From: a virus
DNA length: 39,153 nucleotides
Virus record (IMG/VR): IMGVR_UViG_3300044542_000221
Direction: 5' to 3' (one strand)
A program made the translations under genes and the position numbers. How positions within the stretch are numbered: position 1 is the first letter of the stretch; every line of letters starts with the position of its first letter. Below, in pieces: positions 8,161 to 18,295 of the stretch. The notes beneath the pieces are model-generated. The model worked only from the letters and a program-made list of their open reading frames with translations. It was not told where the DNA came from and did not search any database.

Positions 8161-11100
8161 ATGGCAAGCAGTTTAGGGCATTTAGCGGCTACAGTCAGTC
8201 TTAATATTGATCCTTTTAAATCTTCTGCAACAGCTTTAAAAGCACAAATCAAATCGACAACATCTGCTTTAAAAGCTCAAGATCAAGCTATTAAAGGATC
8301 AGGAAGTAGTTTGAATAGTATGGAAGCTGCATATTCTACAATGGGTTCACAGATGAAGAACTATGAGGCCCAATTAGAACGGCAAAAGTCGGCTTACGAG
8401 GGATTACGCAATCAAACTGCATCAACCGCTGCTGAACAAGAAAAATTAACGGCTCGTCAAGCAAATGCTGCTAATCAAGTAAACAAAACATCTGCCAACA
8501 TGGAAGCTTTGCGTAATCGAATGGGAACTTTGAATAAATCAATAACTTTACAAAGCTCAGGGTGGTACACAGCTCAGCAAAAAGTTGGAGCTTTTAGAGA
8601 TGCGGCTGGAAAAGTTAGCAGCACGTTAACTCCAATTGGCGATACAATGACCACTCACGTCACGGCACCAATTTTAGCTGGCTTTGCTTATGCAGCAAGT
8701 AAAAGCATTAATTTTAAAAATACCATGAATGAAGTTAAAAACTTACTCGTAACCTCAGGCGAATCAACCAAGCAGGCTATTGCTGGAGTAAAAAATATGG
8801 AAAGCGATGCTTTAACATACTCTAACAAGTATGGTGTTTCACAACAGAAAATCGCTGAAGGATATGAAGAATTAGTAAAACGAGGTTATACTTCAAAACA
8901 AGCACTTGGTGCTATGAAATCAGAACTTCAAGCTGCTAAAGCGTCAGGAGATGATTTCAGCGATGTAGTAAACGTTGCAAGCCAAACTCTTGAATCGTTT
9001 GGTATGAAATCTAATACTACAGCCGGGATGACTAGAAATACCAAAACTGCTGTTAATGAACTTGCTTATGCTGCTGATGCGACATCAACTGATTTTCAAA
9101 GCTTGGGTGTTGGAATGTCATATGTTGGCTCAACTGCACATCAAGCTGGATTTAGTTTAGCTGAAACGAGTGCTGCGATGGGCGTTCTAAGCAATAATGG
9201 CCTTGAAGCCGACAAGGCAGGTACTGGGTTACGAAAGGTAATTAATAGCCTTGTTTCACCAACTAAAAACGGAGTTGCTGCATTAAAAGAATTGGGACTT
9301 AAAACATCTGATTTTGTTGATAAATCTGGGAAAATGAAGTCAATGACTGATATTTTTCAGTTGTTGAATAGTCATATGAAAGATTTGACTTCTACACAAC
9401 GTCAAGATGTTTTTCACGCGCTGTTTGGAACCACTGGTCAAACAGCTGGTATTATTTTATCTAAAAATGCATACCAATTAGGCAAATTGACACAAAAAGT
9501 TAAAGAAGCAGCTGATGGGCAAGGATATGTAGCAAAACTTTCTAAAAAGAATATGCAATCGGCTAAAAATCAGCTTGCAGTCTTGAAGGAATCACTAACT
9601 AATTTAGGAATGACAATGGCTAATGATGTTATTCCAGCAATAATGCCGTTAGTAAAAGATGTTGATAATTTAGTAGTAAAATTTAGTCACTTAAGCAAGG
9701 GAACTCAAGAAAATATAGTTAAGTGGGTTGCATTTGCAGCAGCTGCAGGTCCAGTAATTGGAATAGTAGGAAGAATTTCTGGAGCTGCAAAGGGCTTGGC
9801 TAGTGTTCTTTTTGGAACAATTGGCGGAATTAATAGAATGATATCTGCTGCTAAGCTTGGTGGGACTGGTATGCAAGTTCTTAAATCTGCTTTTTCTTCA
9901 TCAGCCTATTCAGCAGCAGGCTTTGCAGGTGCCGCTGGAACTGCTGGTGGGGCAGCAACAGAGCTTGGTGCTGCTGGAGGAGAAGCCGCAGCTGGAATCA
10001 GTCTATTAAATCCTGTAGTTTTAGGTGTCACAGCAACAGTTGTGGCTGGAGCAGCAGTATGGGAAATTTGGGGTAAGAAAGCCTATGAATCACAACAGAG
10101 AACTAACAAGTGGGGTTCAGATGTTGGCCAACAGGCTGATTCGGCATTAACTAAATTTCAAGGTTTTAGTAGTAAAGCTGGAAGTTCATTAACTGATTTT
10201 GAAAAAGCTAGTCACACCAGCACAAAGAATGTTTCTAAAGATTTTGGCGATATGTATTCAGATATGCAAAAGGATTCTCAGAACACTATCTCTCAGATGA
10301 AAAAAGATATGCAAGGATTGCCAAGTTCAGTCCAAGCAGATTTAAGGAAAGATGTTAAGCAGCGGCAAAAATATAATGCAAAGGTTTTGTCGGATGCAAA
10401 AGAAAATTACACCAATGCTGAAACAATTTTAAAGGCTCACAATGGAAAAATGTCCGATTTATCGGATACAGAAAGAGCTGCGCTACTAAATTATCAGCAG
10501 CAGATGAATGAAGACGAAATTAAATTATTAAAGCTTAGTGGAAGTAAAAAGAAGAACATTTTAGCTGCCTTGAATGGCGATATCAGTAATATGACGCACA
10601 ATCAGCGAAATACTACTATTAATGAACTAACTTCTTCAATGCAAAAAGAAAATAAATTATACAATGATCAGAAGTCTAAAATTGATTCAATGTACAGCAA
10701 GGGAGAAATTTCTTCTAAACAATATGCTCAAGCTTTAAAAGATTTGCAGACAGTTCATAAATCTACAACAGATGGAATGGCTGCTGCAATCTTGAAACTT
10801 GATAAAGCAAATGGTGCATCTAAGTCACAAATTGAACAAGATCTGTTAAATGTGGGGTACACATATAAACAAGCTGCTGCTATTGTTAAACAGCAAAATA
10901 CTGATATGGCTAATAGCACTTCATTAGTAGTAGCTGGCGTTTCTAATATGAGCGGCAAGGTTAAAAATGCTGCACAAGCATGGAATAGTTTAGTATTTGA
11001 TTCAAAAACAGGTAAAGTTAAAACTAATGCTCAAGATGAAGTTAATAAAGCTGTTCAAAGCAAAAATCAATGGAATCAGATTCAACTACTTGAAAGAAAG

Positions 11101-12288
11101 GGCAAGATGAGCAGTAATGCGAAAGCTATGGTTGCTGATGCATTGCTTCAAACTGGCAAGTGGGATTCACTTAGTTTTAAACAACAAAAAGCTTGGATTC
11201 AATCGAACGCGGGGACAGAAATTTACAAAGCGCTATCTGCTAATGGTCAATGGAATACGATGAGTTTTGCGGCGAAATCAGCAATCATTAATTCTAAAGG
11301 CTTGCCTGATTTGGCAAATGCAATCGTGAAGTACAATCTCTGGAATAGCTTGCCAACTAAAGTAAAGGAGCTTTTGGCTACTGACAAAACAGCTTCTGCA
11401 ACATTAAAACAAGCTGGCATTAACGTTGACTCATATAATAGCAAAAATCCAAAACATAAAGTATTAACCGGTGATTCGTCTAATGTTGATAATGCGTCAA
11501 GTAAAGGCAAAACCTCAATTAATATTTTTAATAGCACTGCTCCGTTAGGCAAAAGATTCCAAGGAGATTCTTCAAGTGTTGATAGTGCGTCCTCAAGAGG
11601 CCGCAGTTCGGTTACGAATTTTAGAAATACTTCGCCGGGAAGTTCCAAAAGCCTAAACGCTAGAGATAATGCTTCGGGTCCAGCCTCATCTGCTAGGAGT
11701 GCTGTTTTGCAATTTAGCTGGCTAGGGGATCATACAGTTACTCTGACGACGGTTAAAAGAACGGTACACGAAGTTGTTAATAAAGTTAGTTCTTTTTTTG
11801 GAAACCTATTTGCAACTGGTACTGAAGATGCTCCTGAAGGTATGGCTGTTTTGGGCGATGGCGGCAGAAATGAGCCGTATTTAACTCCAAGCGGAAGCCT
11901 TGGAATTTCTCCAAATGTGCCTACTCCATATTATTTGGAAAGGGGCACGAGAGTATGGCCATCGGTTCAAGCTTTTAAACAAGATATCCCACATTATGCT
12001 AACGGTACACTTGGTCATAATGGTGCGGTTAACACCTTGCTCGAAGCACGACCTGCTATCAATCAAATGACTGATACAAATGTTACTTTTAATAGTAATA
12101 ATGCTGATGTAGTTGCGGTTCTCCAACAACAGATGACATTGCAGAAATCACAAATAGCTTTGCTTAGTCGTTTACTGAATACAGCTACGAGTCCTAGTTC
12201 AACTCAAAATAATCGGAGTTTGATACGATCAATATCTCAACAAATAAATTCGCTCAATGTTGATCAGAAAAGAGGCAGTTTAGCATGA
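8161..12288 (+). CDS. Tape measure protein
   Basis: 1375 aa. It has a helical N-terminus, a TP901-type core (FGTTGQTAG), a Gly/Ala-rich hydrophobic segment and a repeat-rich C-terminus. Position fits. Confidence 0.95.
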   Translation: MASSLGHLAATVSLNIDPFKSSATALKAQIKSTTSALKAQDQAIKGSGSSLNSMEAAYSTMGSQMKNYEAQLERQKSAYEGLRNQTASTAAEQEKLTARQANAANQVNKTSANMEALRNRMGTLNKSITLQSSGWYTAQQKVGAFRDAAGKVSSTLTPIGDTMTTHVTAPILAGFAYAASKSINFKNTMNEVKNLLVTSGESTKQAIAGVKNMESDALTYSNKYGVSQQKIAEGYEELVKRGYTSKQALGAMKSELQAAKASGDDFSDVVNVASQTLESFGMKSNTTAGMTRNTKTAVNELAYAADATSTDFQSLGVGMSYVGSTAHQAGFSLAETSAAMGVLSNNGLEADKAGTGLRKVINSLVSPTKNGVAALKELGLKTSDFVDKSGKMKSMTDIFQLLNSHMKDLTSTQRQDVFHALFGTTGQTAGIILSKNAYQLGKLTQKVKEAADGQGYVAKLSKKNMQSAKNQLAVLKESLTNLGMTMANDVIPAIMPLVKDVDNLVVKFSHLSKGTQENIVKWVAFAAAAGPVIGIVGRISGAAKGLASVLFGTIGGINRMISAAKLGGTGMQVLKSAFSSSAYSAAGFAGAAGTAGGAATELGAAGGEAAAGISLLNPVVLGVTATVVAGAAVWEIWGKKAYESQQRTNKWGSDVGQQADSALTKFQGFSSKAGSSLTDFEKASHTSTKNVSKDFGDMYSDMQKDSQNTISQMKKDMQGLPSSVQADLRKDVKQRQKYNAKVLSDAKENYTNAETILKAHNGKMSDLSDTERAALLNYQQQMNEDEIKLLKLSGSKKKNILAALNGDISNMTHNQRNTTINELTSSMQKENKLYNDQKSKIDSMYSKGEISSKQYAQALKDLQTVHKSTTDGMAAAILKLDKANGASKSQIEQDLLNVGYTYKQAAAIVKQQNTDMANSTSLVVAGVSNMSGKVKNAAQAWNSLVFDSKTGKVKTNAQDEVNKAVQSKNQWNQIQLLERKGKMSSNAKAMVADALLQTGKWDSLSFKQQKAWIQSNAGTEIYKALSANGQWNTMSFAAKSAIINSKGLPDLANAIVKYNLWNSLPTKVKELLATDKTASATLKQAGINVDSYNSKNPKHKVLTGDSSNVDNASSKGKTSINIFNSTAPLGKRFQGDSSSVDSASSRGRSSVTNFRNTSPGSSKSLNARDNASGPASSARSAVLQFSWLGDHTVTLTTVKRTVHEVVNKVSSFFGNLFATGTEDAPEGMAVLGDGGRNEPYLTPSGSLGISPNVPTPYYLERGTRVWPSVQAFKQDIPHYANGTLGHNGAVNTLLEARPAINQMTDTNVTFNSNNADVVAVLQQQMTLQKSQIALLSRLLNTATSPSSTQNNRSLIRSISQQINSLNVDQKRGSLA
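11470..11718 (+). repeat. In-frame 31-33-aa repeats in the TMP C-terminus (GDSSxVDxASSxGxxSxxxFxNT...)
   Basis: Copies start at 11470 (ggtgattcgtctaatgttgataatgcgtca) and 11563 (ggagattcttcaagtgttgatagtgcgtcc). A degenerate third copy starts near 11662. Confidence 0.5.
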
Positions 12289-13001
12289 TAAGCACATTCG
12301 ATTTTAACAGTCATAACTCAAAAGAATTTAATATGTATATCAATGTTGAAATAAACATCTCAAGTTCACAGCCTGATTATTCAACAATCGAAGTTCCAGG
12401 ACGCGATGGTGATCTAATTTTGCCTAACAACAGATATAAGTCTTTTAGCCAGACTGTACCTGTTATTTTTTTAGGTGGATATAAAGATACAATGTCGAAA
12501 ATAGAACAAGTTCGTAGATGGCTGCTAAGTGACACAGAATTTCATGATTTTAAGTTGTCAAGCGATTCAGGATATACGTATCGAGCAGCATATCTTGACA
12601 ATTTTGAAGTGAAAAAAACAGCAGATGGATTAAGTGCTGATTTAAGTTTTGAAATGATGCCCTACAAGTATCTTAACGGTGGTTTGAGCAGTCAAACTAT
12701 TTCGAGCGGGACTACTTTAACCAACTCAGGAAATATTCCCGCATTACCATTGTTAAAAATTACTGGTAGCGGAGATATAACGGTAACTTTAGGCATCCAG
12801 ACACTTTCTTTAAAAAGTGTTGATACTGGAATCATTTTGGATTGTGAATCACAGCTATGCACTAGCTTAGACGAAACGAGGACTCAATTCGATAAGCTAT
12901 ACAGCAATTTTCCTAGTTTGCCTGTTGGAAGTGCAAAAATTAGTTGGTCGGGGACAGTTAGTGATTTTAAAATAACTCCGAGATGGAAGGTGAGAACGTG
13001 A
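12285..13001 (+). CDS. Distal tail protein (Dit)
   Basis: 238 aa with ATGA overlap with the TMP stop. This is the canonical TMP-Dit-Tal order, and the size is typical of siphovirus tail component proteins. Confidence 0.8.
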   Translation: MISTFDFNSHNSKEFNMYINVEINISSSQPDYSTIEVPGRDGDLILPNNRYKSFSQTVPVIFLGGYKDTMSKIEQVRRWLLSDTEFHDFKLSSDSGYTYRAAYLDNFEVKKTADGLSADLSFEMMPYKYLNGGLSSQTISSGTTLTNSGNIPALPLLKITGSGDITVTLGIQTLSLKSVDTGIILDCESQLCTSLDETRTQFDKLYSNFPSLPVGSAKISWSGTVSDFKITPRWKVRT

Positions 13002-16000
13002 GCGTACCGGTTTTATATGAAGCGAATGCTACTGATTTTTTTAATAAAGGATTAGGAACACTCCCTGATGCACTAACAGCTGTAGTAACGGAAGAGCGGA
13101 ATGGAGAGTTCATTTTTGAGATGGCCTATCCCGCCGATGGAGCTAGAGCTGATTTACTTGAAAATAATCGAATAATCAAAGTAGACGCTGGTCATGTTTT
13201 AACGGATCAGCGTTTTGTTATCAAAAAAGTCACTCCACAAATGAATGAAGATGGCAAGATTTACATTGATGTATATGCAGAACATATCTCATATATCACT
13301 AATGATTTAGCTTTAAAACCAAGTGTTAATGTTAGTGGATCAGCTAATGATGCTATGCAACAATGGCAAAAAGCTATTATTGATAGTAATGAAATAACTG
13401 CTGATTCAGATATCTCAACTAATAATTCAACGACTTGGACAATTGATAAAGTGCAAAGCGCTAGACTTGCTCTTGGCGGTGTTGACGGATCCATTTTGGA
13501 TGTATGGGGTGGCGAATATCTTTTTGATAACCTCCATATTAGCTTGAGAAAGCAACGAGGAAGCTCAGCTAATACCTTGCTAGCGTATGGTCGCAATATC
13601 ACAAGTTTTCAACAAGAAGAAAATGTTGAGGATACTTACACATCAATTTATCCTTACGCAACTTTAAACTCGGTAAGTGGAGATACTTCATCTCTCTATA
13701 CAATTGATAATTATGTAGTTGACAGTCAGTATGTTGGCAATTATCCCAGCAGAAAAATTTTGCCAGTTGATTTCAGCAGCAACTTTGAAAATGTCAAAGT
13801 TGGGACTAAGGCAAGTGATGCAAATGATAGCGATACTACTGTTTATATGACAGTAGCTGAAGTTCAATCACAATTGAAAGCCTTAGCTCAGCAATATATT
13901 ACTAATAATGATGTTGGCATTCCCACTGTTTCAATTAGCGTTTCATTCGTGGATTTATCTAAGACGAGTAACTATGCTGATGTAGCACCACTTGAGCAAT
14001 TGGATTTGTGTGATATTGTGCCCGTTAGATTTACTAAATTAGGCATTGATACGACTGCTAAAGTGACTCATGCTGAATGGAATGTATTGACGGATTCATA
14101 TGACAAAATTGAATTAGGTAGTATTACAGCAACATTAGGTCAGACGCTAAACACGCTAACAACAGTTGCTCAAGCAGCCAAGCAGGTAGCACAAGATGCG
14201 CAAAATAATGCCACAATTGCATGGCAGTCGGCTGATGGAAAAACTACTACTTTTAAAGGGAGCAGCTCTCAGGATTTCCCAACTGCACAGCATATTGGAG
14301 ATTTATATTGGCGAGAAAATGGTGATACTACTGAGGTATATATTTGGGATGGCTCAGAGTGGGCGTTTCAATTTTCGAATAAAACTGGCCAAAACATTAG
14401 TGAAGTTGTCGATAAAGCCATGTCCGAAGCAGATACAGCTAAGCAGAATGCTAATGCTGCGGTTGAAACTGGGAATCAAGCATTAACTAAAGCACAATCA
14501 GCTATTGATACAGCTAATGCAGCAGCAGAGAATGCCAGCACAGCAAATGCTAATGCAAGCGCTGCTATAAGCAATGCAGCAACTGCTATTCAACAAGTTC
14601 AAAGCGCAGCAAGTGATGCAACCTCTGCTACAAACATTGCTAATGCTGTTAAGCAAGATGTTACTACTCTAAAAGATGGCTCGACTATGACAATTGCTGA
14701 ACTAGAGAGTGGTTTAGCAGTAAAAATTACTAAAGATGATATGAACACAGCTTTACAGCCATATGCGACACAATCTTGGACTAGTACAGAGATTTCTGCA
14801 ACTGCTGATGAAATTAACAGCAGTATAGCTTCTGTTAAGAAAACAGCTGATGGGAATACTACAGATGTTACTAGTTTAAAGCAGCGCGCTGACGGATTTG
14901 ATACATCAATAAGCAATTTAAGTACCAATAAAGCTGACCAGACTTGGACTACAAATCAAATCCAAGCTAGTGCTGCAGGACTTAATGCCACGATTACTAG
15001 TGTTCAGACACAAGTTAATAATTCTGCTGTTGGGACTAATATTCTGACCGGTACTAGTTCGACAAACAGCACTACGATTTCAGGTACTGGTTGGTATACC
15101 TTATCTTCAGCATCAAATAGTATGAATAGTCTGTTAAAGCCTAATACTGTTTATACTTATTCTATTAACGTACTATCTGCAACGTGGAATTGTTACCCTG
15201 AAATACAAGAATTTGATAGCAATGGTAATTGGCTGGATAATACTAGTGGTCAACCTAGTATGAGCACTGGATTACGGTCTGTTACATTCACTACGTCTGC
15301 TAATGCTGCAACATGGCGGTTTCATATAGTACTACAAAATCCATCAACCACACAAACAATTGTATGGAATTCTGAAAAAGCAGAACTTGGCTCTCATGCT
15401 ACTGATTGGTCTGCTAACCCCACAGATAATGCAACGGTTACATCGGTTACTAGTTTGTCAGTTACAGTTGATGGACTGCAAACGACAGTCTCTAAAAAAG
15501 TTGATAATGACACTTACCAAACACAAATCCAGCAACTTTCTGACAACATCAATCTGCGTGTTCAGAAAAACGATGTAATTAATCAGATTAACGTCAGCTC
15601 GGAATCAATCCTGATCGCCGGCAACAAAGTCCACATCACCGGGTCAACCACGATAGACAACGCTGTAATCAAGTCAGCAATGATTGATTCAATCTCCGCA
15701 GATAAAATCACGGCTGGCACGCTTAATGCGGCTAACGTTAACGTGATTAACTTGAATGCAAACAATATCAGTAGTGGCACACTAACAGGAGTATCTTTTC
15801 ACCAGTCTAGTTCAGGTCATGACACCTGGATAGATGGTAATGGTGTCCATGATTATGATGGCTCAGGAAATAATGCGTGGATACAGAAAGGAACATTGCA
15901 GGTCTATGATAAAAACGGCGATGGTTTTTTCATGGACAGTGGTAAGTTAGAACTTACAAGTCAATATCTCTGGCAACAGGGACAGTCCGTTAAATACGGA

Positions 16001-16843
16001 TTAATAAAATTAGATGACGATATTCTTGCATTAGGAAAAGCAGGAATGCACATTCAGGGATATAACGGACTTAGACTTGATACAGGTCATTCCATGTTCG
16101 ATGGTCTAACGGGTGCACTCGATGATAATTACACGGGGGCAGCTATAAATTTATCAGATAATGGTCAAATTGCAATAGGTAGTTATGCAGAGACATGGCT
16201 TAGTGCTGGTGCTCCGTATACTATGGCCGATAATAGTTCTCTGACTCAGAAGCCTAATATTTATATTGGGACAGCCATGTGGGATGATCGCTCAACTGTT
16301 GGACGTGGGCAGAATATTATTATGCAAGCTAATGGCATAATACTACAAACTCATGGTGAAATAAAACTTAAACCAAATAATGGTGACCTCTGGCTTGGTT
16401 ATGCTCGTATTAACACTGGTAGTGATACAAACACCTGGTATTCAGGGCCAACTGGCACAGCATGGTGGTTTAGAACTTATGGTGGTGACATGGCGACCAT
16501 TCACGTTCAGTCCGTTGCTCAATCATCATTGTTAAGCTTAAAAACAAATCTTAACAAGTTAGATCCAGCTAAAGCATTGGCAACATTAACAAATACAGAT
16601 ATATGCAGTTACAATTACAAATCTGATTTAAAAAATGGAATATCTAAAACCTATGCAACAGCGGTTATCGATGATGTTAATGATAAGCCACAGTATAATA
16701 CGCCATATGATTTCATTAGTGCTGACGGAACCGGACGTGACGATGGAACTATTTTAGGATATGCAGTTGCATCTATCCAAGAACTAAATAGTAAAATAAC
16801 TAGTCTCGAAACGGAAATCAAACAATTAAAAGGAGCAGCTTAA
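12983..16843 (+). CDS. Tail-associated lysin-like (Tal) protein fused to a fibre/receptor-binding region, with a C-terminal S74 intramolecular chaperone domain
   Basis: The N-terminus (PVLYEANATDFFNKGLG) is like phage minor structural/Tal proteins. The middle has Ala-rich coiled coil and a CBM-like module. The C-terminus SSLLSLKTNL..ICSYNYK..ILGYAVASIQELN..LETEIKQLK is S74-like. An alternative GTG start at 12998 gives a GTGA overlap with Dit. Confidence 0.85.
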   Translation: MEGENVSVPVLYEANATDFFNKGLGTLPDALTAVVTEERNGEFIFEMAYPADGARADLLENNRIIKVDAGHVLTDQRFVIKKVTPQMNEDGKIYIDVYAEHISYITNDLALKPSVNVSGSANDAMQQWQKAIIDSNEITADSDISTNNSTTWTIDKVQSARLALGGVDGSILDVWGGEYLFDNLHISLRKQRGSSANTLLAYGRNITSFQQEENVEDTYTSIYPYATLNSVSGDTSSLYTIDNYVVDSQYVGNYPSRKILPVDFSSNFENVKVGTKASDANDSDTTVYMTVAEVQSQLKALAQQYITNNDVGIPTVSISVSFVDLSKTSNYADVAPLEQLDLCDIVPVRFTKLGIDTTAKVTHAEWNVLTDSYDKIELGSITATLGQTLNTLTTVAQAAKQVAQDAQNNATIAWQSADGKTTTFKGSSSQDFPTAQHIGDLYWRENGDTTEVYIWDGSEWAFQFSNKTGQNISEVVDKAMSEADTAKQNANAAVETGNQALTKAQSAIDTANAAAENASTANANASAAISNAATAIQQVQSAASDATSATNIANAVKQDVTTLKDGSTMTIAELESGLAVKITKDDMNTALQPYATQSWTSTEISATADEINSSIASVKKTADGNTTDVTSLKQRADGFDTSISNLSTNKADQTWTTNQIQASAAGLNATITSVQTQVNNSAVGTNILTGTSSTNSTTISGTGWYTLSSASNSMNSLLKPNTVYTYSINVLSATWNCYPEIQEFDSNGNWLDNTSGQPSMSTGLRSVTFTTSANAATWRFHIVLQNPSTTQTIVWNSEKAELGSHATDWSANPTDNATVTSVTSLSVTVDGLQTTVSKKVDNDTYQTQIQQLSDNINLRVQKNDVINQINVSSESILIAGNKVHITGSTTIDNAVIKSAMIDSISADKITAGTLNAANVNVINLNANNISSGTLTGVSFHQSSSGHDTWIDGNGVHDYDGSGNNAWIQKGTLQVYDKNGDGFFMDSGKLELTSQYLWQQGQSVKYGLIKLDDDILALGKAGMHIQGYNGLRLDTGHSMFDGLTGALDDNYTGAAINLSDNGQIAIGSYAETWLSAGAPYTMADNSSLTQKPNIYIGTAMWDDRSTVGRGQNIIMQANGIILQTHGEIKLKPNNGDLWLGYARINTGSDTNTWYSGPTGTAWWFRTYGGDMATIHVQSVAQSSLLSLKTNLNKLDPAKALATLTNTDICSYNYKSDLKNGISKTYATAVIDDVNDKPQYNTPYDFISADGTGRDDGTILGYAVASIQELNSKITSLETEIKQLKGAA

Positions 16844-16844
16844 A

Positions 16845-17282
16845 ATGACAAAAATAATTAAATTACAAAATGCAGATTTAGTACCAGTAGGGAACTTTTT
16901 AGGAAAACTAAAACTTAAAGGAAAGGCAAGCCGTGGACGTACTAAGTTGATTAAGTTACTGGAAGCTAAAAATAAAGAATACAACGAGGATCGCGAAGAA
17001 ATTCGTGATCCTTATTTTGAACACGATGATAAAGGCGAACGGGTAACAAAAGATAATGCTTATGTGCTGAAAGACTCAACGAAAGGAGCTGATTTAAACA
17101 AGGAATTAGTAGCTTTAGCAAAAGAAGAAGCAGTCGTTGAGTTTACGGAATATTCAGAAAAATTTCAGGCGCTGTATGACGCGCTCAATGCTTATCCATA
17201 TGAACTAGCTGATGCAGATGCAGTGTTGTACGACTTAGTCTTAGATGAGTTAGAAAACAATTTTGAAAAGGAGAATGATTAA
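16845..17282 (+). CDS. Hypothetical protein (145 aa) downstream of the tail fibre
   Basis: ATG lies 1 nt after the Tal stop. The protein is charged and soluble. I recognise no motif with confidence. Confidence 0.6.
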   Translation: MTKIIKLQNADLVPVGNFLGKLKLKGKASRGRTKLIKLLEAKNKEYNEDREEIRDPYFEHDDKGERVTKDNAYVLKDSTKGADLNKELVALAKEEAVVEFTEYSEKFQALYDALNAYPYELADADAVLYDLVLDELENNFEKEND

Positions 17283-17284
17283 CC

Positions 17285-17515
17285 ATGGAAATTAAATTAA
17301 ACAGGCTTTCATATCAAATTGACAATGACGGTAACACCTCGGGAGTTTCAGTTGGCTTAAACGGTTCGGATAATGGCGATGCGGTTAGTGCTACTTTACA
17401 GATTACTTCTACTGATTTAGTAACAGGCAAGACTTTTGATGACATGACCAAAGCTGATTTTGAGACACTTGCTAAAACTAAATTGGCTAGTTTAACAGCA
17501 GTAAAGAGTGCTTAA
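17285..17515 (+). CDS. Hypothetical protein (76 aa)
   Basis: Tightly packed after 16845..17282 with RBS GGAGAA. No recognisable motif. Confidence 0.55.
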   Translation: MEIKLNRLSYQIDNDGNTSGVSVGLNGSDNGDAVSATLQITSTDLVTGKTFDDMTKADFETLAKTKLASLTAVKSA

Positions 17516-17617
17516 TATAAAAATGAAATTTTTTATCAGAATTAAAAATGCATTGTTGATGTGCTTGCCGTTTTGGGTAGCGCTATTTTTATTGTCAAAA
17601 TTAGTATAAGTAGGTGA

Positions 17618-17914
17618 TTGAATGTGCATAGAATTTTAGGACTTGGTTGGGACGAATGGGCATCGATTATTGTTATCATTTCGACAATTTTCGGTGCCTT
17701 TTCGTACACTGGAAAAAGTATGTTAAAGCGTTACGTTAAGGAGCCAATGGATGGTATTCGAGATGATTTACAAAAGTCACACAAGATGCAACAAAAGAAT
17801 ATCGATGCCCTTGAAAAACGTGAAGCTCAACAAGATAAATTGCTTGATCAGCATGACAAAATGTTGCTTAAGCACGATTTGAAAATTAATAATTTGGAGG
17901 AAAAATACAAATGA
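17618..17914 (+). CDS. Membrane-anchored coiled-coil protein of the lysis cassette (holin accessory?)
   Basis: An N-terminal TM (WASIIVIISTIFGAFSY) is followed by a charged helix. The likely true start is GTG 17624, 6 nt after AGGTGA. ATGA overlap with the next gene. Confidence 0.6.
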   Translation: MNVHRILGLGWDEWASIIVIISTIFGAFSYTGKSMLKRYVKEPMDGIRDDLQKSHKMQQKNIDALEKREAQQDKLLDQHDKMLLKHDLKINNLEEKYK

Positions 17915-18291
17915 AGGAATTTAAAAAGATGTTAGCAACTAACATTGGTAAGCCAAGCTTTTGGATTCAGTTGGCTACAGTTATGATTGTACTGTTTGTG
18001 CTGATTGCTAAATATGGTTTCCATGTGATTTTTAGCCAATCAGATGTTATTATTATTGGTCTTCTATTAAGTTCAGCATTAGGATTTGCAGGTAGTTTTA
18101 CTGGAAACAAAGCTTTAATTGAAGCTTCCAAATCAATTGATACATCTGGAATTGAAAAGAAGATTGAAGAGATTAGTGCGGTAGTCGATAAATTGACAGA
18201 AGTGAATACTGATTCTAAGGCTAATTCGCTTGGGATTGTTTTAGACAAAGATGGAAACATTGTTGGCACGGATACACCGAAGGAGGGCTAG
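17911..18291 (+). CDS. Putative holin
   Basis: 126 aa with two hydrophobic helices (FWIQLATVMIVLFVLIA; VIIIGLLLSSALGFAGSF) and a charged C-terminus. It lies immediately upstream of the endolysin. Confidence 0.7.
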   Translation: MKEFKKMLATNIGKPSFWIQLATVMIVLFVLIAKYGFHVIFSQSDVIIIGLLLSSALGFAGSFTGNKALIEASKSIDTSGIEKKIEEISAVVDKLTEVNTDSKANSLGIVLDKDGNIVGTDTPKEG

Positions 18292-18295
18292 TTCA

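Noticed and set aside
12983-16843. Checked the tail fibre and the rest of the genome for a diversity-generating retroelement, retron or other RT-based system.
   Set aside because: No reverse-transcriptase-like ORF (no YxDD motif protein) is present, and no template/variable repeat pair was seen.
17523-17609. 28-aa hydrophobic mini-ORF (MKFFIRIKNALLMCLPFWVALFLLSKLV) in the gap before the lysis genes.
   Set aside because: It has no RBS and is very short. It is possible but unsupported, and the gap may hold a promoter instead.
383-18269. Many track ORFs of 60-133 aa lie antisense to, or overlap, the structural genes. Examples are 383..568, 2201..2491, 5248..5454, 5716..5949, 5865..6125, 7576..7785, 9691..9876, 10755..10958, 11247..11648, 11881..12129, 13261..13602, 14196..14486, 14599..14928, 15360..15578, 15583..15780 and 17967..18269.
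   Set aside because: All lie entirely inside long, well-supported genes. They lack RBS signals and have odd composition, so they are shadow frames of biased coding sequence.
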